DNA of 64,000 bases from Lama guanicoe (lineage: Eukaryota). Position 1 is the stretch's first letter; the number at the start of each line of letters is the position of its first letter. The translations under genes were made by a program, and so were the position numbers. Shown here piece by piece: positions 1 through 12,789 of the stretch. The notes beneath the pieces are model-generated. The model saw only the letters and a program-made list of their open reading frames with translations, did no database searches and was not told where the DNA came from. The stretch lies in contig MU054187.1 of assembly GCA_013239625.1 (NCBI GenBank), positions 1,243,587 to 1,307,586 on the forward strand, in the 5' to 3' direction.

Positions 1-1699
1 AGGGCTGCCTAGTTTGTGCTGCACCCGCGGCTGCTCCCAGGGTCCCATTTCCCATCCTCTCCCCTGAAGCAGTCTCTGGAGATGGGGGCCTGTAGACCAA
101 GCCTCTCCCCATATTGCACGGGGTCCTGGGCTCTCTCAGCAGCTCGGCTGTGGCAGGAAAGTCATCCATCCGGTCCCGAGTGGTTTCTGTCTCGTCTCCC
201 CCGCCCGACCTTGCTCTGACATGTGAAGAATGGCTGGTTGAGATGATGTCCTTCTCAGGACTCTGCACTCCCCCATAAGCAGATTCTTGGCGACCAAAAT
301 GGTCCCCAGGGAAGGATGCTGGCCATCAGCATGACCACGTCCCCGTGCACGGGCTGGGTTTTGGCTCTTCAGGCTTTCCCTGGATGATCTTTTCTGTCTC
401 TCTGATGTGTAACAGTGACGTATTTATGGGGTTGCAGGGAAAAGCCCCTTTCATCCACAAGCTGAGAAGAGCTTCTTTGTGATGACAGCTACCCCATGAC
501 ACTTCTGGGGAGAAGTTGGCTTGGAATGTGGTGTACATGGAAGATCAGCAGGTGTGCTCAGCTGTGACCACTCGGCTCTCATGTCATTTCCTCCCCCCTT
601 TTCCGTGCGCCTCAGGAAGTCCCCATGTTGGTCTCTGGCCAAGATCACATCGTCAGCGTGGGAGCCTTTTCCATGTGAAAAATGCAGAAGGGTTATACTC
701 TGCATTAAGGAAGATGCAGTTTGCTTTTGCTGAAATGCTTTTGTCCTCTAGACGTACGTGCTTGCATTGTGCTCTCGGAGAGGCTGGTGGACAGGACTAA
801 GGGGTGTCCAAGTGCATCGTCTCACGGAGGAGGAGCTCATGCCACCGGGGCTCCTGGAAAGCTTGTTTTTCCTTAAAAGACGTTGTAACACGTACAAAAT
901 GATTGCAGACTAACTTAACACTGCATGTAATGTGGGATAAAGCAGTTTGCAAAGTTATCTTCGAAAGCTGCAGTGTCTAAGCAATGTCTGTGTGCAGTAG
1001 TAGTATGCAGTGTCCTCGCACCAGGACCCGGATGCCGGCTCCACGTCTCACTGGTCTGAAGGGAGCAAACGCCTAGCAGCCCACATGTACATTTATATTC
1101 CAAGGGCAAGTTCATATTATTTGTCTGGGAGTTTATGCCCACTAAATACTGAGGGTAAAAATGTATTTCTCTGTACTTAACCCTTTATCCAAATTAAGAA
1201 TGGCTCAGTAACTATTAGGTGAAAATGTGATTCCCAAAACATTGTTTCTGTTGTCTTTCTGGTGCAGAATAACAACCAGAGATTATATTCTGTTTCAAAA
1301 TAATTTTCCTCTGCATCTCTGATAAATGGGGCTGTTAAGTGTACTTGCTAGGCAGATTTGTCCACTTATCAGGTGAATGTTAAAACACTGACCTGCTTCA
1401 GGAGGGACGAGGTACGTGGACTTCCTCCATGACCACAAAGGTGCTGGTTCAAAGCCATGCGGTACAAGGTTGGCATTAGTTACACGCTGTTTTCACACAA
1501 TTCCTAACAATATGTGAAGCAAAACAGGGGAATGGGAATCAAACATCTTGGGTCTTAAGCCAGGCTCTGTCTTTAATGAGCTGGGTTAATCCAGGCAGCT
1601 GTCATCACCTTTTTCCTTGGACCCCCATCCATGCCAAGTGCACGTGTGCTGGTGACTGAAATGACCACACAGTGGAGGCTGAAGGTAAGTCGGTGTGTT

Positions 1700-1918
1700 T
1701 GCAGGTTAAATTCCATGAGAAAGACAGAAAACAGAGACGTGGCTGCCTCGGCCTGGAGGGCTGGGGAGGGAGGGTGTTTGGTTTCTTTTTGAAGTGATCA
1801 AATGGTCAAAAGTTGGTTACAGCAATGGCTGCATGTTGCTACACTCAAAAACACTGACTTTAACATGTTAAGGATTGTATAGGATGCAAATTGTATGTCA
1901 ATAAAATGATTACAAAAA
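1700..1918 (+). mobile_element. Old L1 (L1M-type) 3' end fragment
   Basis: Resembles the L1MB/ME 3' terminus (gtggctgcc...ggttacagcaatggctgca...gtcaataaaatgattacaaaaa). Confidence 0.6.
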
Positions 1919-2219
1919 TTGTATTTAGATTTTAAGCATTCAACAAAGGTGTCACTACTTTTCAAATGTAGTATATAAGCTATAATCCTCATTTCCCAGG
2001 TCTTTGTGGGGATTTTCTCGCATGATCTCTGCTGTCTGAGGTCTGCTTGGTGTGAATGGCTCTGCTTCTCTCCACACCTGTATTAAGTTCAGACTCATCC
2101 GTGTCTTCTTCCTCGCTTTCAAATGTTATTCATCATCTTTTGTTATAAATAGGCCATAAAATTATAATCTATCAGCTAAGTATAATTCTTTTCTCTGTTT
2201 TGCTTTTTTTGGTCTGAAG

Positions 2220-2354
2220 ACAAAGACAGGGATTTGTTTGCTGCAGGATGGTAATCAGGAGCCCTTCAAAGTGCGGCTGCACCTGGCCAAGGATATTCTG
2301 ATGATCCAGGAACAGGATGTGATATGTGTGTCTGGTGAGCCTTTCTATTCTGGT
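2220..2354 (+). CDS. SNTG1: SNTG1 coding exon (135 nt): TKTGICLLQDGNQEPFKVRLHLAKDILMIQEQDVICVSGEPFYSG (N-terminal half of split PH domain)
   Basis: Pyrimidine tract then ctgaAG acceptor at 2218-2219; GTAAGT donor at 2355; open frame; recognised peptide. Confidence 0.96.
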
Positions 2355-2968
2355 GTAAGTAGCTTTTCCTTCCCTTGAAGTTTTTTGGTTTTGTTTTTTG
2401 TTAATAAAAATGTTCATTACAGAAAATTCTTAATATTTTTTCTCTTGCTTTCAGAGCCAGTAATTTTTGTGTACAGTGTTAGTAAGCAGTGTCCTTGTAC
2501 TTGTCCTTGTCCTTGTCCTTATAAGGATGCAGGCTTGGGCCCACAGGCACCCATTGGGGCCATTGATGAATCACTGACTCCGAGTCATTATCATGTGACT
2601 GGAGTGACCCTGTATCTGATCATGAGAGAGTGGGCTCCACCCGTCCACATGGAGGACTGAGTGAGAACAGTGCCCTGCCCTGATCTCATTTTGAATCATA
2701 CCAGACCTTCAGAAGTGGTGCAAAGGTGGGCCCAGTGTGGCATCTGGGAAGCCGGGGGCTTTAGGTGGTGGTCCCTAAGCTCAGTGTCAGGGCTTCTCCT
2801 TGGGGGATGGGGCACAAGCAGTTCTGGGGACTTCGAGAAGCATGCCTAGGTTATCGTGAGCTCTGTCTGCTGCTCTAACCCAGTCTCTGAAAGAGCCATA
2901 AATTATCTCACAGCTCATCAGTCCGCTCACTGGTGCTGCAGGACCACTCTGGAGGACATCCTTAGGTG

Positions 2969-3364
2969 TGTGAAATAATGAAATTTCAACTGAGGAAATG
3001 GAATGCTCTAATTAGCTTTATTCAGTGATTCATGAATCAGGCACATCCCATCTGGCAAATAGAAAAGAGCTCTGGCAAGCTGTAGAAAAGAAGAGTTTTT
3101 CAAAGGCAGAAAGGGGCAGAAAGAGGAAGTTATTAGCAAAGAATGCCTTCTTTCAGGGGAGGTGGTCCTCCCAAGGGCAGCCAACGGGCCCATGGGAAGA
3201 GGACTACTCACTAGTGCTGACCAGGGAATCCCAGGGCGGCTGGTAAAAGGTCATAGCTTTGAGAGAGGCTGAAACTGCAATTAGGTGAAGTGTTAAGTTT
3301 TGATCCGGTGACATGGACTTAGCACAAGTGACTCCATTTGGGGCCGGTTGTCTCTTTTTCAATG
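2969..3364 (-). mobile_element. Solo LTR, probably ERV1 class, antisense
   Basis: About 400 bp; AATAAA on the minus strand (gctttattcag near 3016); ERV1-like aaatggagtcacttgtgctaag near the minus-strand start; candidate 4-bp TSD GGTG at 2965-2968 and 3365-3368. Confidence 0.6.
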
Positions 3365-3857
3365 GGTGAAGTTAGATTGTCTTTGGCAAAACAATTTTAT
3401 CATGAAACAGGATAAGTTTTAGAGTTTATCATTTATTATGTAATAACGTTAAAGACATCATCTTAACAGTATAGTCATGTATGGTCTCAGAAGAAAATTA
3501 CAGCAAGTGTCATACAATCAGCTCCCTGGATTCCCTAGACATCTGTAGCGACTTAGCAGGAAGATTTAATTTGCAGCTTATTAACAGACTTACTTTGCAG
3601 TGTTTTGTTAGGGTGAATAATGCTGAACTTGACTTTCCACCTCACTTCTCACTAACATCCTGTGGGAGTCACATCAGGTCCTAAGTCAATAGGCTCTGGC
3701 TAACTAAAGATAATGGACATTTTGCAGACTGTTAACTATTCTTTTGTCACAGACCATTTAAATCATCCTGAATGACGGGTCTGGCTGTCAAGACTGATTA
3801 CATTGTTCCCTTGAGGTTGCCCTTTCTTTCTTTAGTTAATAAAAGCATAGTGATCAA

Positions 3858-3859
3858 TT

Positions 3860-3903
<44 letters not shown>

Positions 3904-3919
3904 TTCTTTTCTTTTCTTT
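3858..3919. repeat. (TTTC)n/(TTTTC)n microsatellite
   Basis: Directly visible tandem array. Confidence 0.95.
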
Positions 3920-4099
3920 GTGAAGAGATATAATTTATATCACTGTCTAGAATGAGTATATCACATAGGTCCTAAATCAGTAAAATATTGTAATTTGTAA
4001 AATTCAGTATTTCAACCCTGAAATAACGTTCTTGATGTTAAATTTTGCAGTCAAAAGAGCTAATACGCATAGACCTAAGCTCTCTTTTGAAACAAATGC

Positions 4100-5190
4100 T
4101 GGGAAGAACTCAGACAGAATTGAGAAGAAATGTTTTATGATAATGTCATCAAGTGCAAAAAAGCAGTTGACAAAATTTGACACTCACACAAAACACTTTC
4201 AGCAAAGTAAGAATAGGATGGAACCTCTTACACTGATAAAGCATCTAATGAAGATTTCTCACCAACATTATGGTTAACATTGAGCGTATTCTCTGAGGTT
4301 GAAAGTAAGTCAGGGGTTGGGGGAGAGAGAAGATGGTGGAGTAGAAGGACACTCGTAGCTCACCCTCTGCCACAAAGGCACCAAGACTCACATCCACAGA
4401 CCCACTCAGCCAACCAGAGCACCTGCGGAGCTCCGACAGACCATCGCCCTCTTCAAAAGACAGAGATGCCGAAAGTAAGTCAGGGTCATCACTTGCCTCA
4501 TTTATACTCAGTATTGTTTTGGTTGTGGAGCAGGGCAGGAAATGGATTAAAATGGCATAACTATTCAAAGGAAAAGAGGTAGAACAGCTTGTTTTTAGAT
4601 GTCATGACGGTGTACACAGAAAATCCTGAGAAATCTACAACAAAATTGAATAACATACAAGTTTAGCGAGGTTGCTGGAAATAAAGATGATGTCCAAAGT
4701 TAATTGCATTTCTAAATTTTACAACAGGCAAATAAAATGCAATTCACAATACACAATAGAGATTATACACTTGGAAATAAGTTTAACAAAATATGTACAA
4801 AACTTCTATCTTAAAAACTACAAAACTGTGATGAAGAAAATGAAAATAAATAAACAAATAAATGAAGAGATATAACATGACCATGAATTAAAGACTAACT
4901 ATTGGTAAGTTTTCATATCTTCCCAAGTAGACAGCATCAGTCAAAACCCAAATTTGTTTCTGGAGACTTTGACAGGTTGACTCTAAAATTTACATGGAAT
5001 ACAAAGGACTCAGTTTGGCCACATAGTTTTGAATAAAGAAAACAAAGCTGGAGCGTTTATACCTTCTGATTTCAGAACCTACTGCACTGTTACAATAATG
5101 AACACAATGTGATATGTCATAAACACGTGTATGTAAACCAATGGAACATTATAGAGTCCAGAAACAAGCTCACACTTAAGTGGTCAATTG
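4100..5190 (+). mobile_element. Degraded L1 ORF2 fragment (sense), host to nested insertions
   Basis: A-rich L1 ORF2-like sequence; remnant peptides in ORF track (…KNYKTVMKKMK…); appears to continue at about 7250-7830. Confidence 0.75.
4316..4470 (+). mobile_element. 3'-truncated L1 5'UTR fragment with 15-bp TSD
   Basis: GAAAGTAAGTCAGGG repeated exactly at 4301-4315 and 4471-4485; insert starts GGGGAGAGAAGATGGTGGAGTAGAAGGAC (L1 start with YY1-like motif); no poly(A). Confidence 0.75.
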
Positions 5191-5194
5191 CTTT

Positions 5195-7245
5195 TTGTTG
5201 TTGTGGTGGTGGACTACACATAACATATACTTGACTATTTTAACAGTTGTTAAGTGTAGAGTTCAGTGGCTTGAGCACATCCACATTGTTGTGCACCTTT
5301 TACAGCGATCCGTCCCCAAAATCATCACCCTAGACAGAAACCCTGTTCCTATTAAATACTAACTCCCCACGTCCCCCTCTCCTCAGCCCCTGGTGACCAC
5401 TGTCTACTTCCTGTCTCTGTGTATGGACTCGTTCATCCACGTTGTAGCCTGTGTCAGCATTTCATTCCTTTGTAAGACTGAATGGTAGTCCGTTACATCT
5501 ATCTGCCATGGTTTTTTTTAATCCCATATCAGATACGTGATCTGCAAATATTTCTTCCAACCTAAGAGTTGCCTTTTTATTCTGTTCATGGTTTCCTTTG
5601 ATGCACAAAACTTTTCCATTTTGAAGTCCAGTTTGTCTATTTTCCTTTTGTTGGCTGTATTTTTTGTGTTATATCCAAGAAACCATTGTCAAATCCAGTA
5701 TCGTAAATATTGTTTCCTATATTTTCTTCTAATATTTTCTAGTATTAGAGCTTACATGTATGTTTTTGATCCATTTTGAGTTAGCTTTGGTATATGATGT
5801 CATTAAGGGTCCAACCTCTTTCTTTTCCAAGTGGATATCCAGTTTTCCTGGCACCTTTTGTGTCTTGGAACTCTTGCTGAAAATCATTCGCCCATATATT
5901 TGAGGTTTCATTTCTGGGCTCTCTATTCTATTCCATTCTATTCCATGTCTGTCTTTATGTCAGTACCACAGTTTTGATTACTGTAGGTCTGTGGTGAAAT
6001 TTGAAATCAGAAAGTGCATGATGTCTAGCTTTGTTCTTTTTCAAGAATGTTTTAGCTAATTGGATTTTATTAAGATTCCATGTGTATTTTAGGATAGACT
6101 TTTCTATTTCTGTAAAAAGTGACATTAGAATTTTGTTAGGAATATTATTGAATTTGTAGTATACTTTGGATAGTGTTGACAGCTTAGCGTTATTAACCTT
6201 TCAATCCATGAACACAGAGTGTTTTTTTATTTGTTTATGTCTTTAATTTCCTTCAGTAATGTTTGTGATTTTTAGTGTACATCTTTCATCTTCTTAGTTA
6301 GTTAATTCCTAGATAATTTATTTCTGATGCTATTATATATGGAATTATTTTCTTAATTTTCTTTCCAGATTATACATTGTTAGTGTATACAAATGAAACT
6401 TATTTTGTGTGTCCACTTTGTATCCTGCTACTTTGCTGAATTCTTTTTTTTCACTTCTAATGATTTTTGTATATCTGTGTATAATCTTTAGATCTTCTAC
6501 GTATAAGAAATGTCATCTGTGAACAGATATAATTTTACTTCTTCCTTTCCAATTCAGATACCTTTGTTTCTTTTTCTTGCCTAATCAATCTGCCTAGGAT
6601 TTCCAGAACCAAATTTAACAGAGGTAGTGAAAGCAGGCATCCTAGCCTTTTCTAGATCTTAGAGAAAAATATTTAAATCCTTCGTCTTTGATTATAATCT
6701 AACCTGTGACTTTTTGATATATGGTCTTTATTATTTTGAGGTAGTTTTTTTCTATTTCTAGTTTGTTCAGTGTTGAAAGGGTGTTAAATTTTGTCACAAA
6801 AGGGTTTTGAATTTGTCAAGTGCTTTTTTTGCATCAGTTGAGCTGTGTGTGTTTATTTTCCTTTATCCTGTTAATATAGTGCATCACATTGATTGAATTT
6901 CTTATGTTGGTTGATCCTTGCATTCCAGGAATAAATCCCACTTGGTCATAATGTATGACCTTTTTAATATGCTGCTGACTTTGTCTACTAGTATTTTGTT
7001 GAGAATTTTTGCATCAATGTTCATAAGGATATTGGTCTCTAGTTTTCTTTTCTTGTAGTGTCTTCTTCTGGTTTTGGTTATCATGGTAATGCTGGCTTCA
7101 AAGGATGAGTTAGGAAGTTTTAATCCTCTTCAATTTTTGGAAAAATTTGTTAAAAATTGGTATTAGTTCTTGTTCAGATGTTTAGTGGAATTCACCTGTG
7201 AGGTCCAGGACTTTTCTCTGTTCAGAGATTTTGATTACTGATTCG
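5195..7245 (-). mobile_element. L1 (L1MB-like) 3'UTR and ORF2 fragment, antisense, nested in an older L1
   Basis: Minus-strand remnant peptides ([24 protein letters not shown]…SKWIKN) are L1 ORF2 motifs. Confidence 0.85.
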
Positions 7246-7249
7246 ATCA

Positions 7250-7835
7250 ATTAAAAAATCAGTTTTAAGAAAATAAAAAGGCAAATCACAGTGTAGGAGA
7301 AAATATTTCCTATATCTGACACAGGACTTGTATCCAGAATATATAAAGGCCAATCACAAGTCAAAAAAAAAGGTACAAACAGCCCAATTAAAAAAAGAAA
7401 AAAAACTGAGCAAAAGACTTGAAGAAACTTCATAAAATAAGTTATACAAATAGCTAAGAAAAGCATGAAAAGATGTTTCAATCATCAGCCATCGAGGAAC
7501 TGCAGATCAGATTAAAATCACATATACAATTTACACTCATTACAACAGCTTAAAAAAAGACTATTGGCAAATATGTTGTTCCCTTGGAAATCTCACGCGT
7601 TAGAGTTTCAGTGGAGCAACTCTTTGGATAACTATTTGGCAATTTCTTATAAAGTTAAACAGAAACCAATTTTAAGCACAAAAATCCTAGTCCTTGTGAT
7701 TTATCCAAGAGGAGTCGAAACTAAATGCTCACAACAAGACTTTTCCAAGACCATGCATAGCCAAAGCCAAGTTGTAAACTGATAAACGGATTTGAGTATA
7801 TTCACAAAGTGGATTTCTACCCACTTATTCTTTTC
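7250..7835 (+). mobile_element. Old L1 3' region (sense)
   Basis: Typical L1 motifs (tatctgacacaggacttgtatccagaatatataaa; gcatgaaaagatgtttcaatcatcagccatc). Confidence 0.75.
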
Positions 7836-7849
7836 AATAAAAAATAAAT

Positions 7850-10165
7850 TAGGGACTTTCCAGGTATGGTTCTACACATAAAGATCTCGGAAGTCACCAC
7901 TCTTTCCTCACAACAAATAAAAAGTCGAACAGACTGAAAAATCATCAGCTCTTCTGGGATCCATGAGATAAAGAAGGACACCTGGCAAACCACTGCCCTC
8001 AGATTGGAGGACGGGCAGCGGAACACAGGCTGCTGAGCAGAACAGAGACTCACGAGCGAGACCGGCAGGAAACCAGCACCAGGTAGGAAACCCCCAACCA
8101 GAATGAGGATTGCTGGAGGCTCCGCATAGGCAGGTCTGAAAGGGAGACCAGGGGGTCCAGTCCTGGGAGCCCCCACAATACTGGGAGACTTACTGCAGGG
8201 TTCAACTAGGTCCCCGCAGTAAAAACTGGAGAGAAATGCCCTTGGGCTCCTGGCAGGGAGAAAGGGGGCCTTGTTCTTAGCAAGGTCTGCACTCAGGGGA
8301 GCTGGTTAACCAGTGCCTACCGTGCTGAGTGAGTATCAGTGTCTGACCCGGGAGAGAGAAGCATCCAGCTCCAGCTGACTCCAGCCATCCTGTCCCTCCT
8401 AAAGAGGACAGAGGGGACTGAGAAAGGCTTGCGAGGTTTGCAGTGTAGAGGCACAGGCTTCACTGCACACTGAGACCCATCACAGGACAATGGAGTGCTT
8501 CACTCACCGTAACCCTTAGTACGAGGTTACTGACACCTCTTTACAACAATTTCTTACAACCAGTAGAATTCCTGGCTATCAGGAAAAAAATTACAAGGCA
8601 TACCAGAAAGGTGAAAAACGTACTTTGACGAGACAAAGCAAGCATCAGAACCAGGCATGTCAAGGATGTTGGGTTATCAGATGGGGAGATTTTTTTAAAT
8701 TATGCTTAATATGCTAAAGAATCTAATGGATAAGGTAGACAGCAATGCAAGAACAGATGGGCAATGTGAACAGAGAGATGGAAATACTAAGAAGAAACCA
8801 AAAAGAAAAGCTACCGTTAGAAACCCTGCCCCAGAGATGGAGGCCTCTGATGGTCTCACGAGCACTTCAGACACAACAGAGGAAGGATCTCTGAGCTACA
8901 GGGTCTATCGGTAGAATCCTCAAAAACCCAAACCAGAGAGAACAAAGACAGAAAAAAACAGACGAGACTACCCAAGGACTGTGGGGCAGCTATAAAAAGT
9001 GCAAATGTGCCTGCAAGAGGAACAGCATAAGGTGCAGAACAAGAGACCAGAACAGAACAACCACTTGAAATAATAATGAGTGAGGATTTCCCTGAATGTC
9101 AGGTACCAAATCACAGATCCAGGAAGCTCAGAGAACACTAGACAGGATAAATACCAAAAACCATCACCTAGATGTACCGTTTTCAGATTACAGAAGATCA
9201 AAGATACAGATAAAGTACTGAGCAAGGAGGGGGTGGGGAGAACTCACTTACAGAGGAACAAAGACGAGAGTCCTAACTGATTTCTCCTCAGAAGCCAAGC
9301 AGTAAGAAGAGAAGGGTGTGAAATATGTAAAGTGTGGAGGGAAAAACTCCAACCTAGAGATCCATGTCCGGCAAAATGGCTTTTCAGAAGAGAATGCAAA
9401 ATAGACCTTGAGACAAAAACTGAAGGAATCAATTCCCAGGAGACTTGCCTGGTCAGAGATGTTGAAAGTTTTTCAGAGAGAAGATCAACATTATGGGTGT
9501 AAAGCTTGGACAGAGCATCAAAGAGTTAACATGTGAAAGAAAAGCTTTTAAAAAACCTTTCATTTTTCTTATTCTTAATTGATGCCACAGATAACAATTT
9601 GTTCAAAATAATAACAGCAAAATGTGTGTGGCTGAGCATTCTTATGAATGTTTACACAGAAATTAAATGAAAAGCAACAATTACACCAGGGACTGGAGAG
9701 ATGAATTAGGGTTATTTGCTTGTTATAAGGAACTCACACTACCCTTGAAGAGGTGTAGGGTTATTTAAAAGTAGACTTGGATTAATTATAAACATCTATT
9801 TCATAGTGGTTGACTCTTGGTTGGCCACTAAGAAAAGTGAAAGAGGAGATATAACTACATACTAAGAAAGCAGAGAAAATAGAATCACATAAACTGTTAA
9901 AGCAACAAAAGCAGAAAAAGAATGAAAGGCAAAAATAGGAGCGAGAAACAAGGACCAAAACTCGAAACCATAGCAAATGTGGCAGCTATCGCTCCAGGTG
10001 TCCCAGGAGCCGTTAGGGAGTAGGGGGTCTAATACATCAGAGACCGTCAGAGTGAATCACAAATCAGACCTGACCATACGCTGTCTACAAAAACCCGTTT
10101 TAAATATAAAGGTACATGGAGGTTAAAGTTAAATGGTGGAGTAAAATACACAGGAACAACTAACA
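7850..10165 (+). mobile_element. Old L1 (L1MC/M4-like) 5'UTR, ORF1 and start of ORF2, degraded
   Basis: ORF1-like remnants (MLNMLKNLMDKVD; KPSPRCTVFRLQKIKD); endonuclease-like gaccatacgctgtctacaa near 10075. Confidence 0.75.
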
Positions 10166-11119
10166 CGTTTGCTTGTCTCCGGTTCTCTGTTCTTCCCTTC
10201 GGCCATGGCTGCGTGGGTGCTGGACTGGCTCCCTTCTTCTCACTTTCTGTTTTCTAACCACCTGCTTGTGTTCATCTCGGTTCTACAACCTCACGTGAGG
10301 TCCTAAGTGTTTCCTAAAATAATTGATGGACTACAGATCTGGATATCTGTTCTTTCCTCTAATTCACTTGGCCTAAAATTCTGAATGATTATCCCGGATG
10401 AGCAGTTTCAGCTGGACGAGTGATCGTTCTGTGTAAAATTAGAAAACGAGACTCACCTCAGAAGAGCTGCTCTGTGAGTCAGTCAGCGCTTTTTAATGCA
10501 AAGTCGTTTCATTATCACCGCTGCAGACCAGCATGTTCCTAATGTGGTGCTGGGGACAAGGAGCTGGGGGGATCCTAAAGACTAAGTATTTGTGAAGGTT
10601 CTATTGCTTCTGCAGAAATTCATTTAATTAAATATGTAATACTTCAATGAAATTAAATATAGATTGATACACTAAAATTTGCATTGTTCTGGAAATGAAA
10701 AACCATACAAACTAGGTGAAATGAAATAGATAATAACGTGGAAATAAGGTCTGTATTATTTATGTAAATACTGTCCTACGTGTTCAACACAGTAGATTAA
10801 ATAATGAAAGTTTTGGTCAAAATTGTCATTTTTGTTATTGATATATTTCCTATTTTTCTCCCTTGAAATTGACTTCATCAGTTGTTTTGTACCACAGACA
10901 GAAATTCAGTGTTTAAAAAACGTGTTTTTCTCCTTCACATCCCCCTGGAGAAGCACAAGAAGAGGCCTCGTGGGAGGTCAGAATTTACTTCGGCACGCTG
11001 ATAACGAGGCCACTTTCACTTAGGCGTCCGTGGGGACCCCTCGGGAGCAGCCGCCAAGCAGCCCTGCGCCTCCCAGCCAGGCTCTCGTCAGCGGAGGCCT
11101 GGCGCAGTTACAAGGAAGT

Positions 11120-12780
11120 TCTCACCTCGAATAAGAAAAGACAGTTAACAGATGCCAACCTTAAGATGTCACGGGTGTTAGAATTACCCAACAAGAATTT
11201 GAAAGTCGCTCTCCTAAAATTGCTTCCTGTTTGTTACAAGCAGGACTGAAACAAGTGAGAAAAGAGACGGTCTCAGCAAAAAGCTCGCGGAGCTCGCAGA
11301 ACTGAAAAGTCACCCGAAACAGAGCGGACAGAGGAAAGAACCACTTAACTGAAGACAGAACAATAAAGAAGTACCGACTCTAAACTAAAGAGAGAAGTTG
11401 GTCTGGAAAAAAATTAAGGTACCCGTGAAACTAAAACAAAACATCTAACACTTATTTCATCAGAGTCCCCAGAACAGAGAAAGAGGTCAGGGCTCAAACA
11501 GCGCTTGAAGAAATAACGGCTGAAAACTCCCAAAATTTTGCAAAAGACATAAACCCACACATTAAAGAAGTGGAACTAACCTCAAAAGGATAAACCCAGG
11601 ACACCCACGTCAGGACACATCACAGACAAACCCTGAGAACTAAAGACAAAGGAAAAGCTTAAAAGCAGCAGGAGAAAAATAATACTTTCCCAACAGAGGA
11701 AAAATAATTCAAATGATAGATTTTTTCCCCAGAAACAATAGCAACCAGAAGGAAGTGGCATCGTGTTATCCAACTGCTGAAAAGAAGAAACGATCAACCT
11801 GGATTTCTGTAGATGCCAAAAGTATGCTTCAAGAACCAAGGGGAAATTAAGACATCATCAGGAGAGAGAAAAGTAAGAAAATGTGTTGCCAAGAGACATA
11901 TTCTAAATAGTGGCTGATAAGAACTTTGTAAGCGGAAACTTACAACTCGTTGATAAAATGGGCAACAAAAAGTGAGGAAAGGTCTTGAATCAATGTTTTT
12001 TCCAAGGAGGACATATACACGGCCAGTAAGGAAGTGAGGAAGTGCTCAGCACCGTTAGCCGTCAGGGAGACGCACGTGAAGTCGCAGCGAGATGCAGTTT
12101 CTATCCACTAGGATGTTTACAGTCAAAAAGACAGAGAAGAGCAAGTGGTCCTGAAGGTGTGGAGAGGCTGGAATCCTCAGACTCTGCCGGTGAGAATGGA
12201 AAACGCACAGCTGCCCTGAAAGAGACTGGAGGCTCCCAGTTTCACCCCTTGGTTTACGCTCAAGTCCAGTGAACACTCGTGTCCACACAAGAGCCTTCAC
12301 ACACATGATCGCAGCTGCGAACATCATTCATAGCAGCCAAACCCTACAGAGACCCCAGGTCGGCGCGGGTGGAGGAACGGGGGAGTCAGAGCTGGCACGC
12401 CCGGTCCGTGGAGTGCTGCCTGACAATTTTAAAACTGAAGTACTGGCACGTGTTACAACATGGATGGATCTTCAGAGCATCACAGTGAGAAGCCAGGCGC
12501 AAAGAACCACACGCTGTATAATTTCGTTTCTGGAAAGTGTCCACAAGGGGCAAGTCTGTAGACACAGAAAGCAGATGTGTGGGTGCCCACGGTTAGAACG
12601 GGGTGAGGGGCAGAGAGTGAAGGGTGCGGAATCATATTTTGGAAAATACAAATATTGTAAAAGTGATTGTGGGGCGGATGCATGACTGTAAATATACTAA
12701 AAACCACTAAATTGTACACTTTAAATGGCTGGTTCTAAGATATATGAATTATAGCACTGTAGAGCCATTTCTAAAAAGAC
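11120..12780 (+). mobile_element. Old L1 fragments (ORF1 part and 3' end), sense
   Basis: ORF1-like sequence 11130-11930; 3' end motifs (acaacatggatggatcttcagagcatc; aaaaccactaaattgtacactttaaatgg). Confidence 0.7.
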
Positions 12781-12789
12781 AGTAAAATA

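Noticed and set aside
1..2219. SNTG1 start-codon exon (MDFRTACEE)
   Set aside because: No matching sequence seen; presumably upstream of the window.
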